Shown here piece by piece: positions 8,976 through 18,865 of a stretch of DNA of 64,000 nt. Location of the stretch: positions 832-64,831 of the forward strand of contig SHWC01000007.1 of the NCBI GenBank assembly GCA_009691045.1, given 5' to 3'. The notes beneath the pieces were generated by a model. That model was not told where the DNA came from. It saw only the letters and a list, made by a program, of their open reading frames with translations, and made no database searches. The DNA is from Alphaproteobacteria bacterium (GTDB taxonomy: Bacteria; Pseudomonadota; Alphaproteobacteria; UBA828). Position 1 is the first letter of the stretch; each line of letters begins with the position of its first letter. A program made the translations under genes and the position numbers.

Positions 8976-10694
8976 GTGCTGAGACGAATTCGGCTGATCT
9001 CAGGATTGGTGCTCTTTTTTTATGTCGGCACCCATCTCCTGAACCTTGCGCTCGGGCTTGGCTCGCTCGGCGCCCTTGATGTCGGTCGCGACGTTTTCAT
9101 TGCATTCTGGCGTAGCTGGATCGGCATCGTGCTGCTCTATGGCGCCCTGCTCACCCATCTATCGCTTGTCCTTTACGCGCTCTATCAGCGCAGATCGCTT
9201 CGGCTAAAACCGCTCGAATACACACAGGTTTTGCTTGGCCTAGCGATTCCATTCCTGCTCGTCGAGCATGCGCTCGGCACCCGCGCGCTCGAGCTGCTCT
9301 ACGACGTCAAAGACAACTATATCTATGTCGTGCTGGTGCTTTGGGTGTTCGCGCCCGAAATTGGCATTCTGCAAAATATCATGCTCGTTGTTGCCTGGGT
9401 TCATGGCTGCATCGGCCTGCATTATTGGCTGAAATTGAAGCCATGGTTCCCGCGTTTTTCCCTCATGCTCTTCACGCTGGCGGTCGTGCTGCCGGGCGCC
9501 GCGATTTTTGGCTTCGTTGCCTCAGGCCGTGAGCTGGCGTTGCTGGCCGAGCAACCGGGATGGCTCGACAACACCGCGAAAGCGCTCAATTTGCCCGGGG
9601 AAGATGCCGTTGCCCTGGTCAAGTATTGGACCTTCATCGGTCGTATCATCATGGGTGGGCTAATCGGCTTCGTGCTTTTGGCTCGCTTCGGCCGCGCGTT
9701 GATCGAACGACGGCGCCACCGCATCACCCTGCGTTATTCGAATGGCCGGAAGATCGAGATCGTGCCGGGCCTTTCGGTGCTTGAGGCCAGCCGCGAGGCT
9801 GGCATTCCGCATGCCTCGGTGTGCGGGGGGCGCGGTCGTTGCTCGACGTGCCGGATTCGCTGCGGGCGCGGGATCGAGCATTTGCCGCCGCCCTCGCCCG
9901 AAGAGGCGCGGGTGCTTCATCGGGTCGGGGCGCCCGAAGGGGTTAGGCTCGCCTGCCAAATCCACCCGACGCATAGCTTGGAGGTGACGCCGCTCATGCC
10001 GCCGGGTGTCGGCCCAAAAGCATCATGGCGGCAATCATCCGATCATCAAGGCAATGAGCGCGAGATTTGTGTGTTGTTCGCCGATATTCGTTCGTTCACC
10101 AATTTCTCTGAAACCAAATTGCCCTATGACGTCGTGTTCGTGCTCAACCGTTATTTTCGCGCGATGGGCGAGGCGATCGACGGTGCGGGTGGACAGGTCG
10201 ACAAGTTTATCGGCGACGGCGTGATGGCATTGTTTGGCGCCGATACGGAACCCGAAGAAGCGTGCAAACGCGCGCTCGCCGCGGCGCGTGCGATGGGCAT
10301 CGCGCTCGATGAGCTCAATCATTCCCTGGCCCATGATTTGCCCGAGCCGATCCGCATCGGCATTGGCATTCACTTCGGCTCGGTGATCGTAGGCGATATG
10401 GGTTATGGCAAAGCGATTTCGTTCACCGCGATCGGCGACGTGGTCAACACGGCCTCACGGCTTGAAGCGGCGACCAAGGAATTCAAGTCTCAGCTGATCG
10501 TTTCCGAAGCGCTCACCGCGCGTGCCGGCGTCGACCTGACTCACTTTCCTCATCACGAGCTTGAAGTGCGCGGCCGCAGCGCGTCGCTCGGTATCCGCGC
10601 CATTCCGCTGGCGACGAACTTGCCCGAAATCGAAACGGCCTTTAGCCGCAAAAAGCAGCGCGGCAACAACGCAGGCGCGGCAATAGCACGCTAG
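8976..10694 (+). CDS. class III adenylate/guanylate cyclase with His-bearing TM (heme b) domain and 2Fe-2S ferredoxin domain (CyaC-like)
   Basis: TM helices with His (THLLN, THL, EHAL, WVHG); CGGRGRCSTC...RLACQ; LFADIRSFT, DKFIGDG, AIGDVVNTASRLE. Confidence 0.92.
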   Translation: MLRRIRLISGLVLFFYVGTHLLNLALGLGSLGALDVGRDVFIAFWRSWIGIVLLYGALLTHLSLVLYALYQRRSLRLKPLEYTQVLLGLAIPFLLVEHALGTRALELLYDVKDNYIYVVLVLWVFAPEIGILQNIMLVVAWVHGCIGLHYWLKLKPWFPRFSLMLFTLAVVLPGAAIFGFVASGRELALLAEQPGWLDNTAKALNLPGEDAVALVKYWTFIGRIIMGGLIGFVLLARFGRALIERRRHRITLRYSNGRKIEIVPGLSVLEASREAGIPHASVCGGRGRCSTCRIRCGRGIEHLPPPSPEEARVLHRVGAPEGVRLACQIHPTHSLEVTPLMPPGVGPKASWRQSSDHQGNEREICVLFADIRSFTNFSETKLPYDVVFVLNRYFRAMGEAIDGAGGQVDKFIGDGVMALFGADTEPEEACKRALAAARAMGIALDELNHSLAHDLPEPIRIGIGIHFGSVIVGDMGYGKAISFTAIGDVVNTASRLEAATKEFKSQLIVSEALTARAGVDLTHFPHHELEVRGRSASLGIRAIPLATNLPEIETAFSRKKQRGNNAGAAIAR

Positions 10695-10883
10695 AGCATA
10701 TTCCGATCAAGTAGGACCGGTTGCGTTGCGTTTTGGCGCGGCGATCCGCTAGGCGCGACGCGAAAAGCGATGCCGGGCCATCGGTTGAGCGGCGCAACGA
10801 CGCGGGCGCCCGCCACAACGCACCCCGCTGGGCCGGGGCCTTTTGCGACGCAACCGATTCAACTTGATCGGAACATGCTCTAG
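10691..10883. mobile_element. MITE-like non-autonomous element, copy 1 (193 bp)
   Basis: 36-bp TIRs with 4 mismatches (CTAGAGCATATTCCGATCAAGT... / ...ACTTGATCGGAACATGCTCTAG); core shared with 57129-57400. Confidence 0.8.
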
Positions 10884-12142
10884 ATGTTCGAATCGGCGAA
10901 GCCCTGACTCGGCCTTGCATCTGCCACCGGCCAATAGGCCGCGAGCGACAACACGATGCTGAAGGCGAAGAAGCCAAAGACCGCGCGATAGCCTTCGGGG
11001 TCGAGTCGCGCGCCCTCATGTGGGAATTGATCGGCGATGACGCCTGACGCGAATTGCATGATCGCGGGCCCGCCCATCAGCGCGATGGCGACCAACGCCA
11101 TGCCGCGACCAGCCAAACGATCGGGAAATAACGAGCGGGCATGACCGGCAAGCACGACGTTGTAACACGAGGCGCCCCCGATCAGCGTGAGCAAGGCGGC
11201 CGCAAGCCACAGTGGCATCGCGGGCGTAGCGGCAAGCACGATCAACGCGCTGAGCACAATCAACGCGCAGGCAATGCTGAGCCATTTGCGTGTATCGAGT
11301 CGTCGCTCCAGCGGCCCAATCAGCAAACTGGCCGCGATCAAGGCCACCGCCATGGCCAATAAATAGGTGCCGGCCGATTCGCGATCGAGCCCATGACTGT
11401 CCATCAAATAGGGCGCGGCCCATAGGCCGATCAGGCTGATATTGATTGGGTAGGAGACCAGGCACATGGCGAGAATAGGACCAAGCCTCGGCGTTCGGAT
11501 TGCGGCGCCTACCCCTGCCAGGCTCTGCCGCCACGGCTCAGGCCTCCGGCCATCACGTGTGCTGTCGGATGGGGCGTCGCGCGCGATCGAATAGACGAGC
11601 AAGGCGGCGGCAAGGGTAAGGAGCGCACCGCCATAGCACGCAACGCGCCATCCCCAGTTCTCTGCAACCAGCGCCAATGGCGCGGTCGCCAGAAGGCCGC
11701 CGGCGCCCCCGAGCGCGACCATGCGCCCCATCCATGTGCCGAATCGATCGGGCGGAAACCAGCGGGCAAACAACATGAGGGCGCCCATCAGAACGCCGGC
11801 GAAGCCGACGCCCTGGAGCACACGCCCGAGATAGAGGAGCGCTAAATTGTCGGCCAGGCCATAAAGAACGGCGCCGATCACCGCGATGAGAAGCATCAGC
11901 CCGACGCTTCGGCGCGGACCGAAGCGATCAAGCAACACCCCCGTCGGGATTTGCGCAAGGCCAAAGGCGACGAAGAAAAACCCTGTTAGGGCGCCGAGTC
12001 CCGCGGGGGAGAGATCAAACTCAACGCCCAAGTCTTTGGCGCTCAGGCCGTTCAGCGCGCGAAAAAACTGGCTCAAGACAAACGCCGCGCCAAATACGGC
12101 GAATATCGCCCATCCTCCCCGGGCACTGTTCTCCTGAGCCAT
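10880..12142 (-). CDS. MFS transporter
   Basis: about 12 TM, motif A GVLLDRFGPRR; start placed at MAQENS. Confidence 0.9.
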   Translation of the reverse strand: MAQENSARGGWAIFAVFGAAFVLSQFFRALNGLSAKDLGVEFDLSPAGLGALTGFFFVAFGLAQIPTGVLLDRFGPRRSVGLMLLIAVIGAVLYGLADNLALLYLGRVLQGVGFAGVLMGALMLFARWFPPDRFGTWMGRMVALGGAGGLLATAPLALVAENWGWRVACYGGALLTLAAALLVYSIARDAPSDSTRDGRRPEPWRQSLAGVGAAIRTPRLGPILAMCLVSYPINISLIGLWAAPYLMDSHGLDRESAGTYLLAMAVALIAASLLIGPLERRLDTRKWLSIACALIVLSALIVLAATPAMPLWLAAALLTLIGGASCYNVVLAGHARSLFPDRLAGRGMALVAIALMGGPAIMQFASGVIADQFPHEGARLDPEGYRAVFGFFAFSIVLSLAAYWPVADARPSQGFADSNI

Positions 12143-12227
12143 CGCGCCTCGCGGTCGATGCAACGAAGGTCTTTCCTATCACGCGATGCCCGGTCACAAT
12201 AGGTCGGCGGAACATGGGGCTGAGCAC

Positions 12228-13553
12228 ATGAACGACAGGTTGAACAATTTTCGTCGGCGCGCGGGCTTTGGGTTCGGGCTGGTCGTCGCGTTTGTCGCAC
12301 TGCTTTGGCAAAGCACGGGGTCGGCCCACGCCGATTTCGAGGCCGGCGCGCAAGCCTATATCCAGGGCGATTATGAAAAGGCGATGGCGGAATGGGTCCC
12401 GCTTGCCGAGCAAGGCAATGCGTCCGCCGAATTTGGCCTCGGCCTCGCCTATGAAAACGGCCGCGGTGTTGAAAAAAACATCGAAACCGCCGTCAGTTGG
12501 TATCGCAAGGCCGCTGACAAGGGCGTCGCGGACGCACAGTTCAATTTGGGCAATCTCTATCTGAATGGCGTCGGTGTGGAGAAGGACTTGCCGGAGGCGG
12601 CCAAATTGTTTCGCGCCGCGGCCACCCAAGGCATGCCGCACGCCCAGGTCAATCTCGGCTTTTCGTACGAAACCGGCGCAGGCGTGAAGCAGGATGCCGC
12701 CGAAGCCGTGCGTTGGTATCAGCGCGCCGCCGATCAGAATTTTGGCCCCGCCCAGTATTACTTGGGCGCCGCCTATGAGCGTGGCGTCGGCGTTGAAATG
12801 AACCATCAACGGGCGGCAAATTGGTATCAACGGGCGGCAAAGCTGGGAATCGCCAACGCCGAACAGCGACTCGCTTTGTTGCGTGCCCAAGGCGTGGAAC
12901 CCGCGCCCGATAGCGTTGCCATGGAGGCGGTACCTGAGAGCGCTCCGAAATCGGAGACGCCGGCCGGCGAACCCGCCAAGGCCGAGGTCGTTGCCAAGGC
13001 GGAGCCGGCGCCAGACGAAGCCGCACCAGCGGCTAAATCCGAATCGCCCGCCAAAGCCGAAACGCCGCCAACCGGTGCCAAGGCCACGGCTGAGGTCGAG
13101 GCACCGCCAGAAATTGCCAAGGAACCAGAGCCTCCGGCCAAGGCGGAAGCCGTCGTCGCCAAGGAGACAGCAGAGCCCGCGAAGGCCGAAACTGCCGCCA
13201 TGAGCGCCGAGGCTAAGACAACGACGGCGCCGCCCGCTGAGACCGTTGCGTTGAATACGTCCAATGAGGCGACGCCAACGCCAAGCACCGAATCATCGCT
13301 AAAGGGCAAACATCGAATCAGGCTCGCCGCCTATCGCGAATCGGGGGCAGGAGAAAAGGGCTGGCGCCTGCTCTCCAAGAAGCACTCCGGCGTTCTTGGC
13401 ACGTTGTCGCACGGCATCCATAAGGTCGACCTTCCTGGCAAGGGAACCTATTACCGCCTCGAAGCCGGTCCGTTCGCTTCCGCCGCTGATGCGACGGCAG
13501 CCTGCGCCACCGTTACCAAGAACAGGGACCCATGCGCGGTCGTCGCCCCATGA
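12228..13553 (+). CDS. exported SEL1-repeat protein with Pro/Ala/Glu/Lys linker and C-terminal SPOR-like domain
   Basis: signal peptide ending AHA; AQFNLG..Y..G.GV repeats; PAKAE linker; HRIRLAAYR...YYRLEAGPF...C...C. Confidence 0.85.
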   Translation: MNDRLNNFRRRAGFGFGLVVAFVALLWQSTGSAHADFEAGAQAYIQGDYEKAMAEWVPLAEQGNASAEFGLGLAYENGRGVEKNIETAVSWYRKAADKGVADAQFNLGNLYLNGVGVEKDLPEAAKLFRAAATQGMPHAQVNLGFSYETGAGVKQDAAEAVRWYQRAADQNFGPAQYYLGAAYERGVGVEMNHQRAANWYQRAAKLGIANAEQRLALLRAQGVEPAPDSVAMEAVPESAPKSETPAGEPAKAEVVAKAEPAPDEAAPAAKSESPAKAETPPTGAKATAEVEAPPEIAKEPEPPAKAEAVVAKETAEPAKAETAAMSAEAKTTTAPPAETVALNTSNEATPTPSTESSLKGKHRIRLAAYRESGAGEKGWRLLSKKHSGVLGTLSHGIHKVDLPGKGTYYRLEAGPFASAADATAACATVTKNRDPCAVVAP

Positions 13554-13658
13554 GGCGGGTCTTAGCCGTTCCCCTATAACGTGGCAGCGCGAGAGCTCGG
13601 CCCGCCCGACGGCTGGCTCACGACGCGCGAAGATGCCGGTTATCGCGCGCTGAGACGA

Positions 13659-14177
13659 TCAGGCCGGAAATTTTAGAAGCACGGAGACCGGCACGTCGAG
13701 GCGGTCTCGACCACCAAGACCAACGAGTTCAATGATGAATGAGGCGTTCACGACCTCGCCGCCTCTCTTCCGGATTAGGGCAATCGCCGCGGCGGCTGTG
13801 CCGCCTGTGGCGAGCAAGTCATCAAGCACCACGATGCGTTGACCGGGGGTTACCGCATCTTCTTGGATCTCGATCGTATCGGTGCCGTATTCCAGCGCGT
13901 AGTCGTGGCGCACGGTGGCCCCAGGAAGCTTGCCGCGCTTGCGTACCATCATGAAGCCGCAACCAAGCCGAAGCGCGAGCGGCGCCGCCACTAGAAACCC
14001 TCGCGCCTCGACACCGGCCAAGAAATTTGGTTTCAGCGGCGCAATGGCCGCCGCCATGCGGTCAACCGCCGCTGCCCAAGCTTCGGGATGCCGCAGCAGA
14101 GTCGCGATGTCGTAGAACTGGATTCCGGGCTTGGGAAAATCCGGAATCCGCCGAATGTGATCCTCGAGACGGATCAT
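13659..14177 (-). CDS. apt: adenine phosphoribosyltransferase
   Basis: [42 protein letters not shown]. Confidence 0.97.
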   Translation of the reverse strand: MIRLEDHIRRIPDFPKPGIQFYDIATLLRHPEAWAAAVDRMAAAIAPLKPNFLAGVEARGFLVAAPLALRLGCGFMMVRKRGKLPGATVRHDYALEYGTDTIEIQEDAVTPGQRIVVLDDLLATGGTAAAAIALIRKRGGEVVNASFIIELVGLGGRDRLDVPVSVLLKFPA

Positions 14178-14208
14178 CGTTGTGCCGAGGTATAGCCACT
14201 ATTACGTA

Positions 14209-14604
14209 TTACGGCGTCGCTGCTTTCTTCAAATAGGCGATCACCGCCAGGCGATCACCTTCCTCCGCAAGCCCTTTGAACGCCATCTTGTTACCCGGAA
14301 CATATCCCTTCGGATCCTTGAGATAGTCCGCCAGCTTTTGTTCATCCCATATGATGCCCGAATTCTTCATGGCATCAGAATATTTGAAGCCTTCGAACGT
14401 GCCGGCCGGCCGGCCGAAGATGCCGAACAGATTGGGCCCGACTTTGTTTTTGCCATCCTTTTCAAGCGTGTGGCAGGCCTTGCACTTCTTGAACTCCTTT
14501 TCGCCTTGCTCAATCATCTCGTGGTCATTGGCAAAACTCGAATTGCCAACCAGCGCAGCGCCCGCGAGCAGGCCGAGGCCTACCACCAAATACCGTACCT
14601 TCAT
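14209..14604 (-). CDS. cytochrome c2/c550-type class I cytochrome c
   Basis: signal peptide, CKACH heme motif, GPNLFG, PGNKMAF axial Met. Confidence 0.95.
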   Translation of the reverse strand: MKVRYLVVGLGLLAGAALVGNSSFANDHEMIEQGEKEFKKCKACHTLEKDGKNKVGPNLFGIFGRPAGTFEGFKYSDAMKNSGIIWDEQKLADYLKDPKGYVPGNKMAFKGLAEEGDRLAVIAYLKKAATP

Positions 14605-14965
14605 CTTGATTCTCCGATGCAACCATGGGCGGAACGCAAAGTGGGCCGGAGAATAGGCTCGCTAGCCCCAGGGAACAAGAATGGTGGGGCCCGATGACCG
14701 CCCGCGTGCGTCAATATGCCCCAGCAGAAGCCGATAATCGCCGTGGGCGGCAGGGGATTCGTCCAAACAAGGCTCTTGATCGCCGGCATTTCGACCTTGA
14801 AAGATGGCCCATAACGCAATGCTGGTGCCCTGCGAACCGGGGCGATGCGGCCAAAATGGCAAACTGACCGACAAGTTCAACACGCCGACGCAGGGTACGA
14901 CCTTTAGGTCGCGTCGAGACCGTTCAACATTTGGACTTGGCAGCCTGAGAGCGCGCATTGAACGG

Positions 14966-15640
14966 ATGGCGGCCGCCGGGACAGAGCTTGAAACGATTGA
15001 CCGCGTGCTGGCCCGAACGCAGGACAATGTGGTGGGCGAAATTCTGCGCCACCAGGGCACTTTTTTTGAATGGGATCATTACCCGAAGGGCGACGTGTAT
15101 GACGATGTCAGCCACGCGCAGTTTTTCTATCACAGCCACCCGGGCAGCGCGCGCGACACCGAACATGGGCATTTTCATACGTTCGTGCGGGCCAAGGGAA
15201 TGCCGGCCCATGTCAAACCAGCGCGCCGCAAGACGACCGTGTGCTGGCCAAGTGGGGATGATGCGCTGAGCCATATCATCGGCATATCGCTGGACCCGCA
15301 CGGCACGCCAATCAAACTCTTTACGGTGAACCGTTGGGTAACCGGCGAAACTTGGTACCGGGCGGAAGATGTTTGTGAATTGATCGATCGCTTCGAGATC
15401 GATCACGCCCAGCCGTCTTGGGCAACCAATCGATGGATCACCGCCATGATCCGGCTTTTTTGGCCCCAAGCAATCACGCTAGTGCGCGCCCGCGATACCA
15501 CCATCGCTAAATGGCAGCGCACCAATCCGGGCACGGATGTCCTTGAGGACCGGGGATTGGAGATCACCTCCCAAATCGCCATTTCGGTTGCCGACCAATT
15601 AGCTGGGGTTAGGGCCGCGTTACGAACTCGGCACGGATGA
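14966..15640 (+). CDS. conserved hypothetical His-motif protein (resembles DUF6969); start uncertain
   Basis: WDHYPKGDVYD, QFFYHSH, EHGHFHTF, LFTVNRWVTGETW; frame open back to 14804. Confidence 0.75.
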   Translation: MAAAGTELETIDRVLARTQDNVVGEILRHQGTFFEWDHYPKGDVYDDVSHAQFFYHSHPGSARDTEHGHFHTFVRAKGMPAHVKPARRKTTVCWPSGDDALSHIIGISLDPHGTPIKLFTVNRWVTGETWYRAEDVCELIDRFEIDHAQPSWATNRWITAMIRLFWPQAITLVRARDTTIAKWQRTNPGTDVLEDRGLEITSQIAISVADQLAGVRAALRTRHG

Positions 15641-15869
15641 CGGAATGGCTGGCGTCGCCGCACCCATTCTATCGAGCGGCGTTTCGATGACGAATACCGG
15701 GCCGATTTTGCATGCGCGGCGGCAAACGCGGCTACGTCCTTTTCGCCGCACAGGGATTACAAGGGTTGGCTTTGTCAGACTATGGGTTGCACGGATTGCG
15801 CGTGACGGTCACGATGGGCTTGGTCACGGTGTCAATGATGACGACCGGCGAGATTAGGCATCTGCGAAA

Positions 15870-16649
15870 ATGTCGAATGTGACCAATGTTGAGGGGGACA
15901 GTTTGATCGACGTCATGCAGCGGGCTGCCGAAGCGGCAGGCCGGGCCATCCTCGCCCTTTATGGGACGGACGCCGGGGCACGCCTCAAGACCGACCAAAC
16001 ACCGATTACCGAGGCAGACCTCGCCGCCGATCGCCTGATCGCCGAGCAACTCGGTTTTCACTTCCCCGACATTCCATTGATTTCGGAGGAGAGTGTTGGT
16101 GACCGGCAAAGTCCGCCCGCAGGCGCACATCGGTTTTTTTTGGTCGACCCGCTCGATGGGACCAAGGAGTTCATCGGCCATACCGATGAATTCACGGTCA
16201 ATATTGGCCTCATCGAAGATGGGCGACCGATCGCCGGCATCGTCCATGCTCCGGCACTTGGCGAAAGCTATATGGCGGTTGATGGCAAAGCGTATTGGAT
16301 CGTGCGAGGCGAACGGCGTAGCCCACTTCATGTGCGTCGAATGGCGCCGCAACAAACAATTATCTTGGCGAGCCGATATCACCGTGATGAACAGACCAAT
16401 GTCTTTATTGCCGCGCAAGGCAACGCAACCGTGATCACCACCGGTAGCGCGCTGAAATTTGCCGTCCTGGCGCGCGGCGACGCCGATCTCTATCCCCGCT
16501 TTGGCCGAACGATGGAATGGGATACTGCAGCGGGCCATGCGGTCTTGATGGCCGCCGGCGGCAGCGTTCGTACGCTCGATGGGCAAGACCTTTGCTATGG
16601 CAAGAGGGGATTTGCCAACCCTTCCTTTGTCGCGCGCGGGCTCGACTGA
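15870..16649 (+). CDS. cysQ: 3'(2'),5'-bisphosphate nucleotidase
   Basis: PITEADLAA, ISEE, LVDPLDGTKEF, EFTVNIG, GSALKF, TMEWDTAAG. Confidence 0.93.
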   Translation: MSNVTNVEGDSLIDVMQRAAEAAGRAILALYGTDAGARLKTDQTPITEADLAADRLIAEQLGFHFPDIPLISEESVGDRQSPPAGAHRFFLVDPLDGTKEFIGHTDEFTVNIGLIEDGRPIAGIVHAPALGESYMAVDGKAYWIVRGERRSPLHVRRMAPQQTIILASRYHRDEQTNVFIAAQGNATVITTGSALKFAVLARGDADLYPRFGRTMEWDTAAGHAVLMAAGGSVRTLDGQDLCYGKRGFANPSFVARGLD

Positions 16650-16650
16650 G

Positions 16651-17280
16651 ATGCTCCCCTGCATCCCCGAAACCGACACGGCGATTGAACAAGCGGCCGC
16701 CTTCATTCGAGCCGGCCGGGTCATCGTATGTCCGACCGATACGCTCTACGGCCTCGGGGCGGACGCAACCAATGACGTTGCGGTCGCCCGTCTATTTGCG
16801 ATCAAGAGGCGGGCCGACACCAAACCAATACTCGTATTGGTTCGGGATCTTGAGGAAGCATCGCGTTGCGGCCAAATCGAAGGCGCCGCTCGAGCGCTGG
16901 CCGCCAAGTTCTGGCCCGGACCGCTCACGTTGGTGGTTGAACGCACGGCGGATAGCCCCTTGTCCCGGGCCCTCAATCCTACCGGCACGACGATCGGCCT
17001 CCGCGTCCCGGCCCGCGCCGCGACCCTCGCCCTGATCAAAGCCGCTGATCGACCACTCACGGCGCCGAGTGCTAATCGAAGCGGTGAAGCCCCAGCTCTT
17101 AGCGCCGCCGAGGCACTCGCGGCCCTAGGGCCCGAAATCGCAATGGCGCTTGATGGCGGCCCAAGCGCACCGAGCGCTTCCACGATTGTCGAGGTACTTG
17201 GCAGTCGCCTCCGGCTTATCCGCGAAGGCGCGATCCCGCGCGCCTCCCTCTTGGAGGCTGGCATGCCGTTAGAGACCTAG
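16651..17280 (+). CDS. tsaC: L-threonylcarbamoyladenylate synthase (YrdC/Sua5)
   Basis: PTDTLYGLGADA, IKRR, FWPGPLT, IGLRVP, TAPSANRSG, ASTIV; ATG 1 nt after cysQ stop. Confidence 0.92.
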   Translation: MLPCIPETDTAIEQAAAFIRAGRVIVCPTDTLYGLGADATNDVAVARLFAIKRRADTKPILVLVRDLEEASRCGQIEGAARALAAKFWPGPLTLVVERTADSPLSRALNPTGTTIGLRVPARAATLALIKAADRPLTAPSANRSGEAPALSAAEALAALGPEIAMALDGGPSAPSASTIVEVLGSRLRLIREGAIPRASLLEAGMPLET

Positions 17281-17409
17281 GAGGCCTTTGATTGCTATGG
17301 TTAATTGCTCCCCGAATCTTTAAGCGCCCCACCGACTTACCACTTGGTAACCAGTTGCCGACGGCCTATTATTGTTGGAAGCGCCATTGAGTAATCGTGA
17401 GTTGATGCA

Positions 17410-17829
17410 ATGATAAAAATTCTCGTCGTCGAAGACGAAGGAGCGATCCGGGAGAAGCTGATTACGGTCATGGGGTTCGAAGGTTTCGAAACCTTCGGCG
17501 CCGCTGACGGTCGGCAGGGCGTCGAACTCGCGCGCACCGAGCGACCGGACCTGATTATTTGCGACATCATGATGCCGGACCTCAATGGCTATGGCGCCTT
17601 GCGGGAGTTGCGCGCCGATCCGGTGACCGCGGCCATTCCCGTCATCTTTTTGACCGCGGCGGCGAGCCGTGCCGATATGAGACGTGGCATGGAACTCGGC
17701 GCCGATGACTACATCACCAAACCCTACACGATCGAGGAATTGCTTGCTGCCGTCCGTACTCGGCTCACGCGTCAAGACGTCATTCGATCCGAGGCAGCGG
17801 GCGCATCAATTGAGGTGGCGACACCCTGA
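17410..17829 (+). CDS. single-domain response regulator (receiver)
   Basis: ILVVEDE, PDLIICDIMMP, FLTA, GADDYITKP. Confidence 0.92.
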   Translation: MIKILVVEDEGAIREKLITVMGFEGFETFGAADGRQGVELARTERPDLIICDIMMPDLNGYGALRELRADPVTAAIPVIFLTAAASRADMRRGMELGADDYITKPYTIEELLAAVRTRLTRQDVIRSEAAGASIEVATP

Positions 17830-17848
17830 ACCACCCCACCCTGGGCTT

Positions 17849-18865
17849 ATGATTTTGGCCAGACGCCGTGCGCGATGGGTTGGCGCCGCTGCGTTTTTTC
17901 TTATCGTACTTAGCGCGGTCGGATGTACACCCGTCGTGGTTCCAGCCGGACCACCGGTGGTTGCGCCGCAGTTGGAATCCGATGCCGTGTTGTTGGATGA
18001 CGGCGTTAGGCTCCCACTCCGGCATTGGCAACCTGAGCATGGAATGCCGCGTGCGGTCGTTCTCGCTTTGCACGGCTTCAACGACTACAGCTACGCCTTC
18101 GATCTGCCCGCGACTTATTGGGCTGAGCATGGCGTCATAACTTACGCCTATGACCAGCGTGGCTTCGGCGATAGCCCCACCCATGGCTTCTGGTCCGGCC
18201 CTGAGGCGCTTGTCAGGGATACCAATACAATCACGCGCCTATTGAGAGCGCGACACCCCAATTTACCGATCTATTTGCTTGGAGAGAGCATGGGTGGCGC
18301 CGTGCTCCTGGCATCGGCGAACCAACATTTGCCTGACGTCGACGACCTAATCTAGGTGACGCACGCAGTCCATAGCCACGAGAACATGGACGCACTATAT
18401 AGCACAGCCCTCTGGCACGGCGCGAACGTGATTCCTTGGGCCGAGCTGACAGGCAAAGGCCTCAACATCGTCGCGACCGATAACATTGAGGTGTTGCGCG
18501 CGATGCAAAAGGATCCGTTGATCATCAAGAGTACACGCATCGATGCCATTTGGGGATTGGTCGATTTGATGGATCGCGCCATGGTCGCCGCGCCGGAGCT
18601 CAAGGATCGACCGACACTCGTGGTCTATGGCACGCGCGATGAGGTCGTGCCCACCGGGCCCGTCGAGACTTTTATCGAGCGATTGCCCAATAACACCGCG
18701 ATCGCGGTCTATGATCACGGCTATCATATGCTGCTTCGCGATCTAGGCTCGAGGGCGGTGCTGGACGATATACTCGCTTGGATCGCTCGGCCCGGCGTAC
18801 CTCTCGCTTCACGGGCTGATCTTGCGGGCGCCGCCCTCTTCGATCGAATCGATGACAGCCCCTAA
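17849..18865 (+). pseudogene. lysophospholipase-like alpha/beta hydrolase lipoprotein interrupted by in-frame TAG (18353-18355)
   Basis: lipobox LSAVGC, ALHGFNDY, DQRGFG, GESMGG, then TAG; same frame continues to YGTRDEVV and GYHMLLRD. Confidence 0.8.

Noticed and set aside
12805-12841. 16-bp direct repeat ATCAACGGGCGGCAAA x2
   Set aside because: It encodes QRAA twice within a SEL1 repeat, has only two copies and no spacer array; not CRISPR.
12900-13300. Repetitive GCCAAGGCCGA-like DNA
   Set aside because: Explained by the low-complexity PAKAE protein linker.
17290-17400. CtrA-like half sites upstream of the orphan receiver
   Set aside because: GGTTAA and TTAC..GTAAC are present, but the spacing does not fit TTAA-N7-TTAA.
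18320-18450. Diversity-generating retroelement variable region
   Set aside because: The changes appear to be toward A rather than away from A, and there is no template repeat or reverse transcriptase in the window.
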